Below, one piece after another: positions 1 through 7,592 of a stretch of DNA of 30,783 nt. This DNA comes from a virus (lineage: Duplodnaviria > Caudoviricetes), in IMG/VR virus record IMGVR_UViG_3300044449_000059, positions 1 to 30,783 of that record; one strand, written 5' to 3'. The notes under the pieces are model-generated. The model did no database searches, had not been told where the DNA came from, and saw only the letters and a program-made list of their open reading frames with translations. Position numbers and translations under genes: made by a program. The first letter of the stretch is position 1; the number at the start of each line of letters is the position of its first letter.

Positions 1-84
1 TATCGCGCTGATAGGGAATCAGAAATCGCAAGCTTTTGCACTGAAAACCACCCAAACATTGCAATATTAAAGCACCAAAATAGC

Positions 85-120
85 AAAATTATCACGCTAA
101 ATCATGTGGTTGATAATTTT
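85..120. repeat. Perfect 10-bp inverted repeat AAAATTATCA-N16-TGATAATTTT
   Basis: Arms at 85-94 and 111-120 are exact reverse complements. Confidence 0.85.
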
Positions 121-123
121 TAA

Positions 124-624
124 CGGGTGACTACCTACAAGCCGCCACGCTTGGAAACCATCACATTCTATTGCGATGAGCTCCTGGGCTTTGATCGCAA
201 GATCATCGTGCGCGTGCCCGCCTATCGGCCTGAGTTTGCCTTCTGCTTTGATGGCGAAACCTTCCTCGGCATGGCCACGCCCGAGAAGAAATACGGCCTC
301 CTCGATCCGGCTGGCCCGGTTGAGCTGAGCCGCCGTGGGAAGGTGCTGCGCCGCAAAATCTCCGAGGCCGAGCGCCATGTCGCGCTCCTCAGCCTCACCG
401 ATGATACCGAGCGCCACCTCAAGCACTTCCCCGATGCGCCCGAGGCCCCGGTGGCCACGACCATCGACGCGGGCATTCTGGAGCGCATGTCCGATCTCGC
501 CGAGCAAGAGCGCAAGGCGCTGGCCGATGAGACTGCACGGCCCAAGGCCAAAGCGCCCGAGCAATTCAAGGCGGGTCCAAATCTGGCTCTGCAAAATCTC
601 AAATACGCGGAGGATGATGAATGA
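124..624 (+). pseudogene. C-terminal fragment of a Mu-like transposase (MuA); DNA-binding and DDE domains absent
   Basis: Directly upstream of MuB with ATGA overlap; FYCDELL..IIVRVP..FLGMA..G..D..ELSRR resembles the MuA C-terminal barrel region; in-frame TAA at 121-123, no RBS, AT-rich upstream. Confidence 0.7.
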
Positions 625-1349
625 GCGATTTCGTCAAAACACCCCAGGCCGATCAGGCCTATCAGATGAGCAAGGTGGTGCTTGGTGCCCGGCAATATAG
701 CCGCGTGGGCCAGATCACCGGCGAGCCTGGCACCGGCAAATCCGCCCTTACCATGTGGCTGGCCGAGCAATTCGGCGGCGTGCGTATTGAGTGCTGGGCG
801 GGCATGGGTGACAAGCACATGCTGCAAGAGCTGGCCCGTGCCTATGATGCACGGTTTGAAACCACCATGCAGCTTGCGGGCACCTCGAATACGCTGTTTC
901 AACGGCTGGTCGAGGCGGGGCTCGATGGCAAGCTGATCATCGTGGATGAGGCCAATCATCTGAAATGGCGCTCGCTGGAGGTGCTGCGTGGCCTGTCGGA
1001 TCGCGGCGCTGGCGTGATCCTGTCGGGCACTGATCTCTTGTCGCGCACGCTGACCCATCCGCAAATCCGGGTCTATCTCGATCAGCTCCGCCAGCGGATC
1101 GGGGCCAAGAAAATTCAGATGCAGCCCATCGCCGAGCCGGATGAGCTGGCCGCTTACATCCTCGTGCCCCGCTTTGATGAGCTGACCAAGAAAGGGGCCG
1201 CGCGGTTCCACAAAATCTCGGGCGGCAATTGGCGCGCGGCGGGCGAGCTGGCCGATGCCTGCGCCCGCCTCATGGAAAACGAGAACCTGCCCAAGCTCGA
1301 TGAGCGGGTGGTTGAAACCGCCGCCGCGTGGATGGCGGGGCATAGCTGA
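621..1349 (+). CDS. MuB-like transposition AAA+ ATPase
   Basis: Walker A GEPGTGKS, Walker B LIIVDEA, Mu-like context. Confidence 0.9.
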   Translation: MSDFVKTPQADQAYQMSKVVLGARQYSRVGQITGEPGTGKSALTMWLAEQFGGVRIECWAGMGDKHMLQELARAYDARFETTMQLAGTSNTLFQRLVEAGLDGKLIIVDEANHLKWRSLEVLRGLSDRGAGVILSGTDLLSRTLTHPQIRVYLDQLRQRIGAKKIQMQPIAEPDELAAYILVPRFDELTKKGAARFHKISGGNWRAAGELADACARLMENENLPKLDERVVETAAAWMAGHS

Positions 1350-1377
1350 GAAATGCGTGGGAGACGCGGAGGCGAGC

Positions 1378-1752
1378 ATGGAACAGGAAACAGAGATTGA
1401 GATCATTCCCGACACGGTGTTGCCGGTGATCCGCACCCTGGAGGGCGCAGATGCCGGGATCAAGGTTGGCGAGCTGGTGGAGCTGGTCACGGGTGAAGAA
1501 ACCACCAAGCCCACCGAGCGCCTCATGCGCCACGTAATCACCGAGCTGCGCATGCGCGGGCATCCCGTCTGCGCCACCCCGAGCGAGGGCTATTTCTGGG
1601 GCGTGACCGCCGATGAGGTGGAAAATACCGCCCGCCATCTGGCCCGCCGCTCGCTCACCGGCCTGACCCAGGCCAGCCGTATGACGGGCCGCACGGTCCA
1701 GGAGCTTGCCGGGCAACTCGCCCTGGAGCTGGAGGAGGCACATTATGAGTGA
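1378..1752 (+). CDS. Winged-HTH phage early protein
   Basis: GGAGG RBS before ATG 1378; RLMRHVITELRMRGHPVCA..GYF pattern. Confidence 0.75.
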   Translation: MEQETEIEIIPDTVLPVIRTLEGADAGIKVGELVELVTGEETTKPTERLMRHVITELRMRGHPVCATPSEGYFWGVTADEVENTARHLARRSLTGLTQASRMTGRTVQELAGQLALELEEAHYE

Positions 1753-2002
1753 CGCCGCCCAGCCCATCATGATTGACCTCACGAAATTCGGCGGGCCGAA
1801 AGCGATCTCGGTTGAGGAGCTCACCTGCCTTGCGGTGCGCGCCAAAACCCGCGCCAAGGCCAATCCGCCCATCGGCTGGAGCGTGCTGAGCCACCAGGAA
1901 ATCCTCGCCATGATTTTCGTGATCGATGCGATTTTCGAGGATTGCGACCTGGCCGCGCCACCGCCCGCCAAACCCGAACCCGCAGTAATTTCACACGTCT
2001 GA
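1745..2002 (+). CDS. Hypothetical phage protein (85 aa)
   Basis: GGAGGAGG RBS; overlaps upstream stop. Confidence 0.7.
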   Translation: MSDAAQPIMIDLTKFGGPKAISVEELTCLAVRAKTRAKANPPIGWSVLSHQEILAMIFVIDAIFEDCDLAAPPPAKPEPAVISHV

Positions 2003-2015
2003 AAAGGAGAGAGAC

Positions 2016-2552
2016 ATGGCTCAACGCAAGATGAAAACCCAAGGCACCAACGTGCCAGTGCCCCAGGATGATAGCGAGGCGCGCGAGACGATCCGCGAGA
2101 TCGGCGATCTCAACCGCGAGGCGCTGCGCCTTGAGGCCGAGATGAATGACAAGATCGCCGCTCTGCAACAGGAATATGGTGAAAAGGTTGCCCCGATCAA
2201 CGATCAGGTGGTGGCGAAACAGGAAGGCCTCAAAATGTTCGCCGAGGCCAATCGCGCCCGCCTGACCAATGGCGGCAAGGTCAAATTCCACAAGTTTGCC
2301 ACTGGCGAGATTTCCTGGCGGCTGCGCCCGGCCAAGGTGTCGATCCGGGGCAAGGATGCCGTGATCGATGCGATCAAGGCCGCGAAGCTCGGCAAGAAAT
2401 TCCTCCGCGTTAAAGAGGAAATCAACAAGGACGCCATGCTTGAGAAAAGCAATCGCCAGATGGCGGCGGCGATCAAGGGCGTGACCATCGGCTCGGATGG
2501 CGAGGATTTCATTGTGGAACCCTTCGAGACCGAGCTTGCCGAAGCGTCCTGA
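2016..2552 (+). CDS. gam: Mu Gam-like host-nuclease inhibitor / DNA end-binding protein
   Basis: Coiled-coil N-terminus, GEISWRLRP, FLRVKEEINKDA, EDFIVEPFE; AGGAG RBS. Confidence 0.92.
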   Translation: MAQRKMKTQGTNVPVPQDDSEARETIREIGDLNREALRLEAEMNDKIAALQQEYGEKVAPINDQVVAKQEGLKMFAEANRARLTNGGKVKFHKFATGEISWRLRPAKVSIRGKDAVIDAIKAAKLGKKFLRVKEEINKDAMLEKSNRQMAAAIKGVTIGSDGEDFIVEPFETELAEAS

Positions 2553-2671
2553 GAGATCACACGGGGCCGCAAGGCCTGACAGGTGATGGAAGCGACGGGG
2601 GCTCCGAGCACGACCGTGACAGCCCGGAGAGACGGGCACCCAAACCAACGAGATACAGGAAGGAACATCTC

Positions 2672-2944
2672 ATGAAAAAGTCAGAACTGATCGACGCCGT
2701 GGCCGCAACCGCCAATGTCACCAATGCCGATGCCGAGCGCACGCTGGAGGCGTTTACCGCCGTGGCGCGCACCGCGCTCAAAGAAGGTAAACGGGTTTCG
2801 CTCCCTGATTTTGGCACCTTCACCACCAAGGAACGCGCCGCCCGCCAGGGCCGCAATCCCGGCACGGGCCAGCCTATCCAGATCGCCGCGAAAACCGTGA
2901 CCAGCTTCAAGGCCTCCCGCGCCCTGGCCGATCACGTGGCCTGA
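2672..2944 (+). CDS. HU-family DNA-binding protein
   Basis: MKKSELIDAVA, FGTF, RAARQGRNPGTG, SFKAS. Confidence 0.95.
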   Translation: MKKSELIDAVAATANVTNADAERTLEAFTAVARTALKEGKRVSLPDFGTFTTKERAARQGRNPGTGQPIQIAAKTVTSFKASRALADHVA

Positions 2945-2952
2945 TTGAGATA

Positions 2953-3023
2953 GCGGCGGGTATGGCAGCACCCGCCGCACGCCGCCGTGGCCCACGCAGA
3001 CACCCCCAGGTGGGCGCGGCGGC
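2953..3023 (+). promoter_or_regulatory. Tandem GC-rich stem-loops (structured intergenic RNA candidate)
   Basis: 9-bp stem 2953-2961/2970-2978; bulged stem 2981-2995/3010-3023; no U-tract. Confidence 0.55.
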
Positions 3024-3042
3024 ACCAAACATGGAGAGCGAC

Positions 3043-3339
3043 ATGGCAGAGATTGAGATCAGATCGACCGGCGAATTGCTCCTCCTCGGCGAGGTGGTGG
3101 GCCGGATCACATGGGAACGCCCTTTCATCGAAAGCGATTTGGCCGGGACATATGATGATCACGGCTGGGGCTACGATGAGTTTGGCGATCCCTTTGAATG
3201 TTCCAAGTGCGAGGATCGCGCCGATGAGGTTGAGGAGATCGAAGTCGAACGCGACAAGCTCATCGCCGAACGTGACGCGCTGCGCGATCAGCTCGCCGAT
3301 CAGGAGCGAAAGATCAAAAAGCGGGGGATCATTCTATGA
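3043..3339 (+). CDS. Hypothetical acidic protein with CxxC and C-terminal coiled coil
   Basis: GGAG RBS before ATG 3043; ATGA overlap with next gene. Confidence 0.75.
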   Translation: MAEIEIRSTGELLLLGEVVGRITWERPFIESDLAGTYDDHGWGYDEFGDPFECSKCEDRADEVEEIEVERDKLIAERDALRDQLADQERKIKKRGIIL

Positions 3340-3599
3340 CCCCCGATCACGTCACCGCCTCCGATATCGCCCGTGTGGCCGGGCTGACCGAGAAACACGT
3401 GCGCCGAATGATCCGCCGCGCCGAGGGGGCTGGGCCGTATGTGAGCCGGGATTGGTTTGGCGCGCGGATGCAGGTGTGCCGCACCGATGATGGCGCATTG
3501 GTCGCATTTCCGAGCCTGCCCGATCACATCCGCGAGGCCTTTGTGATGCTCGATCAACGCGAGCTCCCGCTTACCCCCCCCCAGAGCGGCGCAAGCTAA
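3336..3599 (+). CDS. Small DNA-binding protein resembling the Mu repressor/MuA N-terminal wHTH
   Basis: VTASDIARVAGLTEKHVRRMIRRA HTH and FPSLPDHIREAF motif. Confidence 0.65.
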   Translation: MTPDHVTASDIARVAGLTEKHVRRMIRRAEGAGPYVSRDWFGARMQVCRTDDGALVAFPSLPDHIREAFVMLDQRELPLTPPQSGAS

Positions 3600-3627
3600 A
3601 TTTCATTAACCGAGAGGAGTAAAACAG

Positions 3628-4059
3628 ATGGATATCCAAACTGCCGCCAAGGCCCTTGATGGCAACCAATATGGGCGCGAGGGATCGAAAGAGCTTTTCG
3701 CCGAAATGGCAGAGGGGCGGCTTGTGGCCGTATTCGGCTACAGCGATGATAACATGGAGTTTCGCGGGGCCATCTATGATGAGGTGTCCTGCTATGACGG
3801 CGGCACCACCTATATCACCAATGATGGGCTCCTGGAAAACCCGTGCTCGGATGCCGATTGCCCCTATCACGAGAAGGCAATGGCGCGCGCCTCCGAGGTT
3901 GAGGCTATTTGGTGCCCCGATGATGAGCCGGGCCTGTCATGGGTCTATGTCACTGACATTCCCCACGAGACATTCCTGATCAAAGAGGATGAGGAAACCT
4001 ATTGCCGGGGCATCGTGTTCTCACTCGATGATGTGCCGTTGTTTGGAGCGGGCGCATGA
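3628..4059 (+). CDS. Conserved hypothetical phage protein
   Basis: GAGGAG RBS; VFGYSDDNMEFRGAIYDE motif typical of phage early proteins. Confidence 0.8.
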   Translation: MDIQTAAKALDGNQYGREGSKELFAEMAEGRLVAVFGYSDDNMEFRGAIYDEVSCYDGGTTYITNDGLLENPCSDADCPYHEKAMARASEVEAIWCPDDEPGLSWVYVTDIPHETFLIKEDEETYCRGIVFSLDDVPLFGAGA

Positions 4060-4235
4060 GCGAGGCCGATCAAACCCAAGGCACGATCCTATCGGTTTAT
4101 GTCGATGGCGAAACGCTGCGCCGGTTGCGTCACGCGGCGGTGCAGCTCGCGCGGCCCGTAGAGGAGCTCGCCGAAACATGCGTGGCCGAGGCTGCGCTCG
4201 ACTACGCCAAATCCCAGCAATTGAACCCCCTATAA
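4056..4235 (+). CDS. 59-aa ribbon-helix-helix-like protein (absent from the ORF track)
   Basis: Manual translation MSEADQTQGTILSVYVDGETLRRLRHAAVQLARPVEELAETCVAEAALDYAKSQQLNPL; ATGA overlap, GGAG RBS, fills the gap before GemA. Confidence 0.7.
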   Translation: MSEADQTQGTILSVYVDGETLRRLRHAAVQLARPVEELAETCVAEAALDYAKSQQLNPL

Positions 4236-4246
4236 AGGTTATCCCG

Positions 4247-4741
4247 ATGCCCTCCACCACCAGATCAAACGCCCGCCGCAACAGTGATCTTGCGATGATC
4301 CACATCGCCGCCAAGCGGCTCTTTGGCGACGTGTCCAAGGGTGGTGAGGGCCGCGAGGCCTATGAGGATTGGCTGGAGATCAAGACGGGCAAGCGGTCGA
4401 GCGGCAAGCTCTCGACGCCCGAGCGCATCGAGCTGATCAAGCGGCTGCGCAAGGATGGCCTGATCCCGGATCGCAAGCGAGGTGGGATCGGCAAAACGGC
4501 GGGCGGTGAGGATCGGCCCACCCCCGCGCAATGGAACAAGATCGGCGGATTGGCCCGCAATATGGGTTGGGATCGGGGGCTTGGCGATAGCCGCCTGCAT
4601 GTCTTTGCCGAGCGCACCGCCAAGATTTCAAACGCGCGCTTCATGTCGCGCAGCCAGGCCAGCAAGGTGATCCTCGGCCTGGAGGAATGGGTGCGCCAGC
4701 GCCGCGAGAGGCGAGAGGACGAGAGCCATGCAATGCCCTAA
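4247..4741 (+). CDS. gemA: Mu GemA/gp16 (DUF1018) family protein
   Basis: LAMIHIAAKRL, TGKRSSGKLS, QWNKI, QASKVILGLEEW. Confidence 0.85.
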   Translation: MPSTTRSNARRNSDLAMIHIAAKRLFGDVSKGGEGREAYEDWLEIKTGKRSSGKLSTPERIELIKRLRKDGLIPDRKRGGIGKTAGGEDRPTPAQWNKIGGLARNMGWDRGLGDSRLHVFAERTAKISNARFMSRSQASKVILGLEEWVRQRRERREDESHAMP

Positions 4742-4934
4742 ATGCGGCGGAAAATCCTTGGTCTATGGCGGGCGATCCCACGGCACGTTGCGGCAACGCT
4801 ATCGCCGGTGCCGGATATGCGATCATCGCTACTCCACTTGGGAGGAGGCTGAGGATCGGGAGCTCAGAAAATACCAAACCAAGCCGAAAGAGAATGATCT
4901 TTTCGGGGTGGTTGAGAAAGAGGATACAGATTGA
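4728..4934 (+). CDS. Zn-finger protein, Ogr/Delta- or NrdR-N-like; candidate late-gene activator
   Basis: MQCPKCGG...RYRRCRICDHRYSTWE; sits at the Mor/C position after gemA. Confidence 0.75.
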   Translation: MQCPKCGGKSLVYGGRSHGTLRQRYRRCRICDHRYSTWEEAEDRELRKYQTKPKENDLFGVVEKEDTD

Positions 4935-5338
4935 TGCGCCCAGATTTTGAAGGTGACGAACAAGGCCGGTGCGGCGGTTGTGGATCGAGGAACGTGATGC
5001 AAACCGAGGTGCGTGGTGACACTGTATATGCGCTTTGCCTGGATTGTGAACGGCTCCAGGAATTGGAGTTGCGTGACTGGCCCGAAGTGAAAATGTGCGA
5101 CAATTGCGCTTTCCGCCAGGGATCGCCGGAACGCCAAGACCCTTATCGCTGGGCCGAGGTTCAAGAGACATTGGAAAACGGGCAACCTTTCCATTGCCAC
5201 AAGGGCTTGCCGTTTGATCACAAGACCGGGCGTTTCACACCCCCAAATCGCGAGGATGGCCGTGTGACCGTGTGCGCCGGGTGGCTTGCCTCATATATCG
5301 CCAAGACTAAGCGCCAAGCGGCGCAGCCAGCGGAGTGA
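4934..5338 (+). CDS. Cys-rich putative metal-binding phage protein
   Basis: CGGC, CLDC, CDNC, FHCHK, CAGW; GAGG RBS. Confidence 0.75.
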   Translation: MRPDFEGDEQGRCGGCGSRNVMQTEVRGDTVYALCLDCERLQELELRDWPEVKMCDNCAFRQGSPERQDPYRWAEVQETLENGQPFHCHKGLPFDHKTGRFTPPNREDGRVTVCAGWLASYIAKTKRQAAQPAE

Positions 5339-5342
5339 CGCC

Positions 5343-6698
5343 ATGACCATCGCCGAGCAAGCTATATTGCGCACGATCCGCCGCCGTGTGGCGCGGTCTG
5401 TGGTGATCAAAGATGCCAAGGCCTATGAGACGCTCTACGCCCAGCTCCAGACGGCCATGAGCAACGCCTGGTCTGACGCGATGCGCGAAGGGATCGCGGC
5501 GGCGCTCGACCGGATGCGCGACCTCGGCCCCGGCAAATTCACGCAAGATGATGGCAAGATGATCTTGCGCGTGCTGGAGGGATCGGTTGGCGAGGAGGCG
5601 ATCCGCGCCGCCATGCGCGAGCCCATCGTCAATCTGTCCGATGCGCTATTTCGCGTAGGCGCAGAGGAGATCGGCCAGGCGGCGGGCGTGTCGGTTGCCT
5701 TCATGCGCCCCGATCTCGATGCGCTCGATATCCTTAAAACGGGCAACCTCTACTGGATCGGCAATAGCTGGAGTGTGCATACGCAAAACCTCCTGGCGGC
5801 GGCGCTGGAGGAATATTTCACCAAGGGCATGACGCGCGATGAGCTGACCGCGCGCTTTGCCGAGGATTTCGCTTCACTCACGGAACGCGGGCAACGGTAT
5901 TGGGAGATTTTAGCCGACCATACCGCAACGAAGACCCGCGAAATGGGGCGCGTATCTGGGTATGATCGGGTGGGAGCCCAGTATATCCAGGTGCGCGCCC
6001 ACCTTGATGAGCGCACCACCAGGATTTGCCGCCATATGCATGGCCGGATCATCGAGGTGACGCGGCTGCGCGAGCAACGCGATAGCTATCTCGATGCCGT
6101 TTCTCGCCGCGATGAGCCCGCCGCGAAAGCCGCCTGGACCATGCACGGCGCGGATGCTGATCTGAGCAGCACGCCCACCAGCAAGCTCGACCGGGGCACC
6201 GCTGGCCCGCCCTATCATTTCCGGTGCCGCACGATCACTATGATGTGGTTTGGCTCAGGCGATGCCGATCTTGACCGCTGGACCCGCGCCGCCTATGACC
6301 GTGAGCCTCTGAGCCGCCGGGATGTGGGCATGATCATTGATCAGGCCAAATCGGCACGCTGGCCCCATACCAAAGTTGTGCGAGGGCATTTCCGCAAACA
6401 CCAGGCCCGGCTCGGCATCGATACCCAGGCGGCGTTTAGCCAATCTGCCATCGATCTGATCCGGCGCGGGGATCGGGATGTGTATCTGTCGATGCGCAAG
6501 GGCGTGCTCAATGCCACCTTTGTGCAGCCCCGGAAAGATGGCGTTACGGGAAAACCCGGCTTTGCGGTTACAGCGGTGGACGTGGCAGAAAACAAGATCA
6601 CCAGCCACCATTTTCGTCCAAAGCTGGAGACAACGGGCGATGAGGTGCCCGCGCAGAAACAACGTGGAAGAGGGAGTATGAAATGGCTTATCGGCTAA
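5343..6698 (+). CDS. MuF/SPP1 gp7 head morphogenesis protein with C-terminal putative toxin domain
   Basis: AHLDERTTRICRHMHGR and PPYHFRCRT MuF motifs, then ~150 aa extension with HFRKH and ITSHHFRP; GGAG RBS before ATG 5343. Confidence 0.85.
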   Translation: MTIAEQAILRTIRRRVARSVVIKDAKAYETLYAQLQTAMSNAWSDAMREGIAAALDRMRDLGPGKFTQDDGKMILRVLEGSVGEEAIRAAMREPIVNLSDALFRVGAEEIGQAAGVSVAFMRPDLDALDILKTGNLYWIGNSWSVHTQNLLAAALEEYFTKGMTRDELTARFAEDFASLTERGQRYWEILADHTATKTREMGRVSGYDRVGAQYIQVRAHLDERTTRICRHMHGRIIEVTRLREQRDSYLDAVSRRDEPAAKAAWTMHGADADLSSTPTSKLDRGTAGPPYHFRCRTITMMWFGSGDADLDRWTRAAYDREPLSRRDVGMIIDQAKSARWPHTKVVRGHFRKHQARLGIDTQAAFSQSAIDLIRRGDRDVYLSMRKGVLNATFVQPRKDGVTGKPGFAVTAVDVAENKITSHHFRPKLETTGDEVPAQKQRGRGSMKWLIG

Positions 6699-7054
6699 CA
6701 GGCGTGACGAAATCACCAGAGGAATGGGGCTCTTTGCTGGAGGGTGATCTGTCCTGTTTTGACACCATCGGCGATCCCGATTTTGAGCTTTCACGCGATT
6801 TCCTTTTGCATGATCGCTCGGCCTATGAGCTTGTGCGCGACCAACTCACCCCCGATCAGCAAGCCGAGCTCGACGAGGTGGACGAATTTTGGCGCGCCAA
6901 TCCAAAAGCCTTCAATTCGGCCTTTGCTGTTTTTCATTTCCAGTCCGACAAAACCACCGCGTTGACCGGGTTTGTGGAGGATGAGCACGGCGATGTGCCC
7001 CCGATCCCGCGCGCGCATTGGTGGTGGAAACCAATTGAAATTGGGGCAAAGTGA
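6683..7054 (+). CDS. Acidic 123-aa protein, putative cognate immunity protein
   Basis: 16-nt overlap with MuF stop, AGGGAG RBS, D/E-rich, C-terminal HWWW; immunity role is inferred. Confidence 0.65.
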   Translation: MAYRLTGVTKSPEEWGSLLEGDLSCFDTIGDPDFELSRDFLLHDRSAYELVRDQLTPDQQAELDEVDEFWRANPKAFNSAFAVFHFQSDKTTALTGFVEDEHGDVPPIPRAHWWWKPIEIGAK

Positions 7055-7082
7055 GCGGGATCATTTCCGAGGAGTACCCATC

Positions 7083-7565
7083 ATATTCAAATCCATTCTT
7101 ATCGCCGCCATTGCCCTCGCCACCCCGGCTTTAGCGGACTCACCATTTGCCAAGTTTTGCTTGCGCTATGGCGTTTCGGTCAAAGGACCAGAAACCGGCG
7201 TAGGGATCAAAGGCAGCAACGAGGTAACGCTCGTTGTGACCAATAACACGAATGTCAATTTCGCCGGACTCTATGTCGAATACGCCGTTTGGACAACGCG
7301 CCCTGTGCCCGTCATGCAAGGCAATGTTGCCGGGCTCTACAATATCTCCGGCGGTTTGCTTGCGGGTGAAACAATGGAACATCGGTTTACACTCCGCCCC
7401 AATGCGCGAGAGCAAGGCTTCATGGATGAGGCCGAGGCCGTTGCCATTGTGGCAAACGTGGTCAACGCCATCGATGCCCAAAACCGGCGATTTATATCGG
7501 AGCCCGCAATCATGGGCTGGGGCCGTGAGATTTCAGAAATCAAATGTGAGCGCACGGATCGATAG
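7083..7565 (+). CDS. Putative exported beta-rich protein; apparent start codon ATA
   Basis: GAGGAG at 7069-7074 is 8 nt before ATA 7083, followed by signal peptide FKSILIAAIALATPALA. Confidence 0.6.
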   Translation: MFKSILIAAIALATPALADSPFAKFCLRYGVSVKGPETGVGIKGSNEVTLVVTNNTNVNFAGLYVEYAVWTTRPVPVMQGNVAGLYNISGGLLAGETMEHRFTLRPNAREQGFMDEAEAVAIVANVVNAIDAQNRRFISEPAIMGWGREISEIKCERTDR

Positions 7566-7592
7566 GATCAAGCGCCAGGCAGGAGCACACCC

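Noticed and set aside
89-116. dif/Xer site
   Set aside because: Lacks the XerD arm TTATG and the 6-bp core spacing
222-1577. 451-aa minus-strand ORF and similar long antisense ORFs (e.g. 16221-17273, 17295-18353, 22755-24503)
   Set aside because: Shadows of well-supported genes on the opposite strand in high-GC DNA; no motifs or RBS
2953-2978. Rho-independent terminator after HU
   Set aside because: No U-tract on either strand
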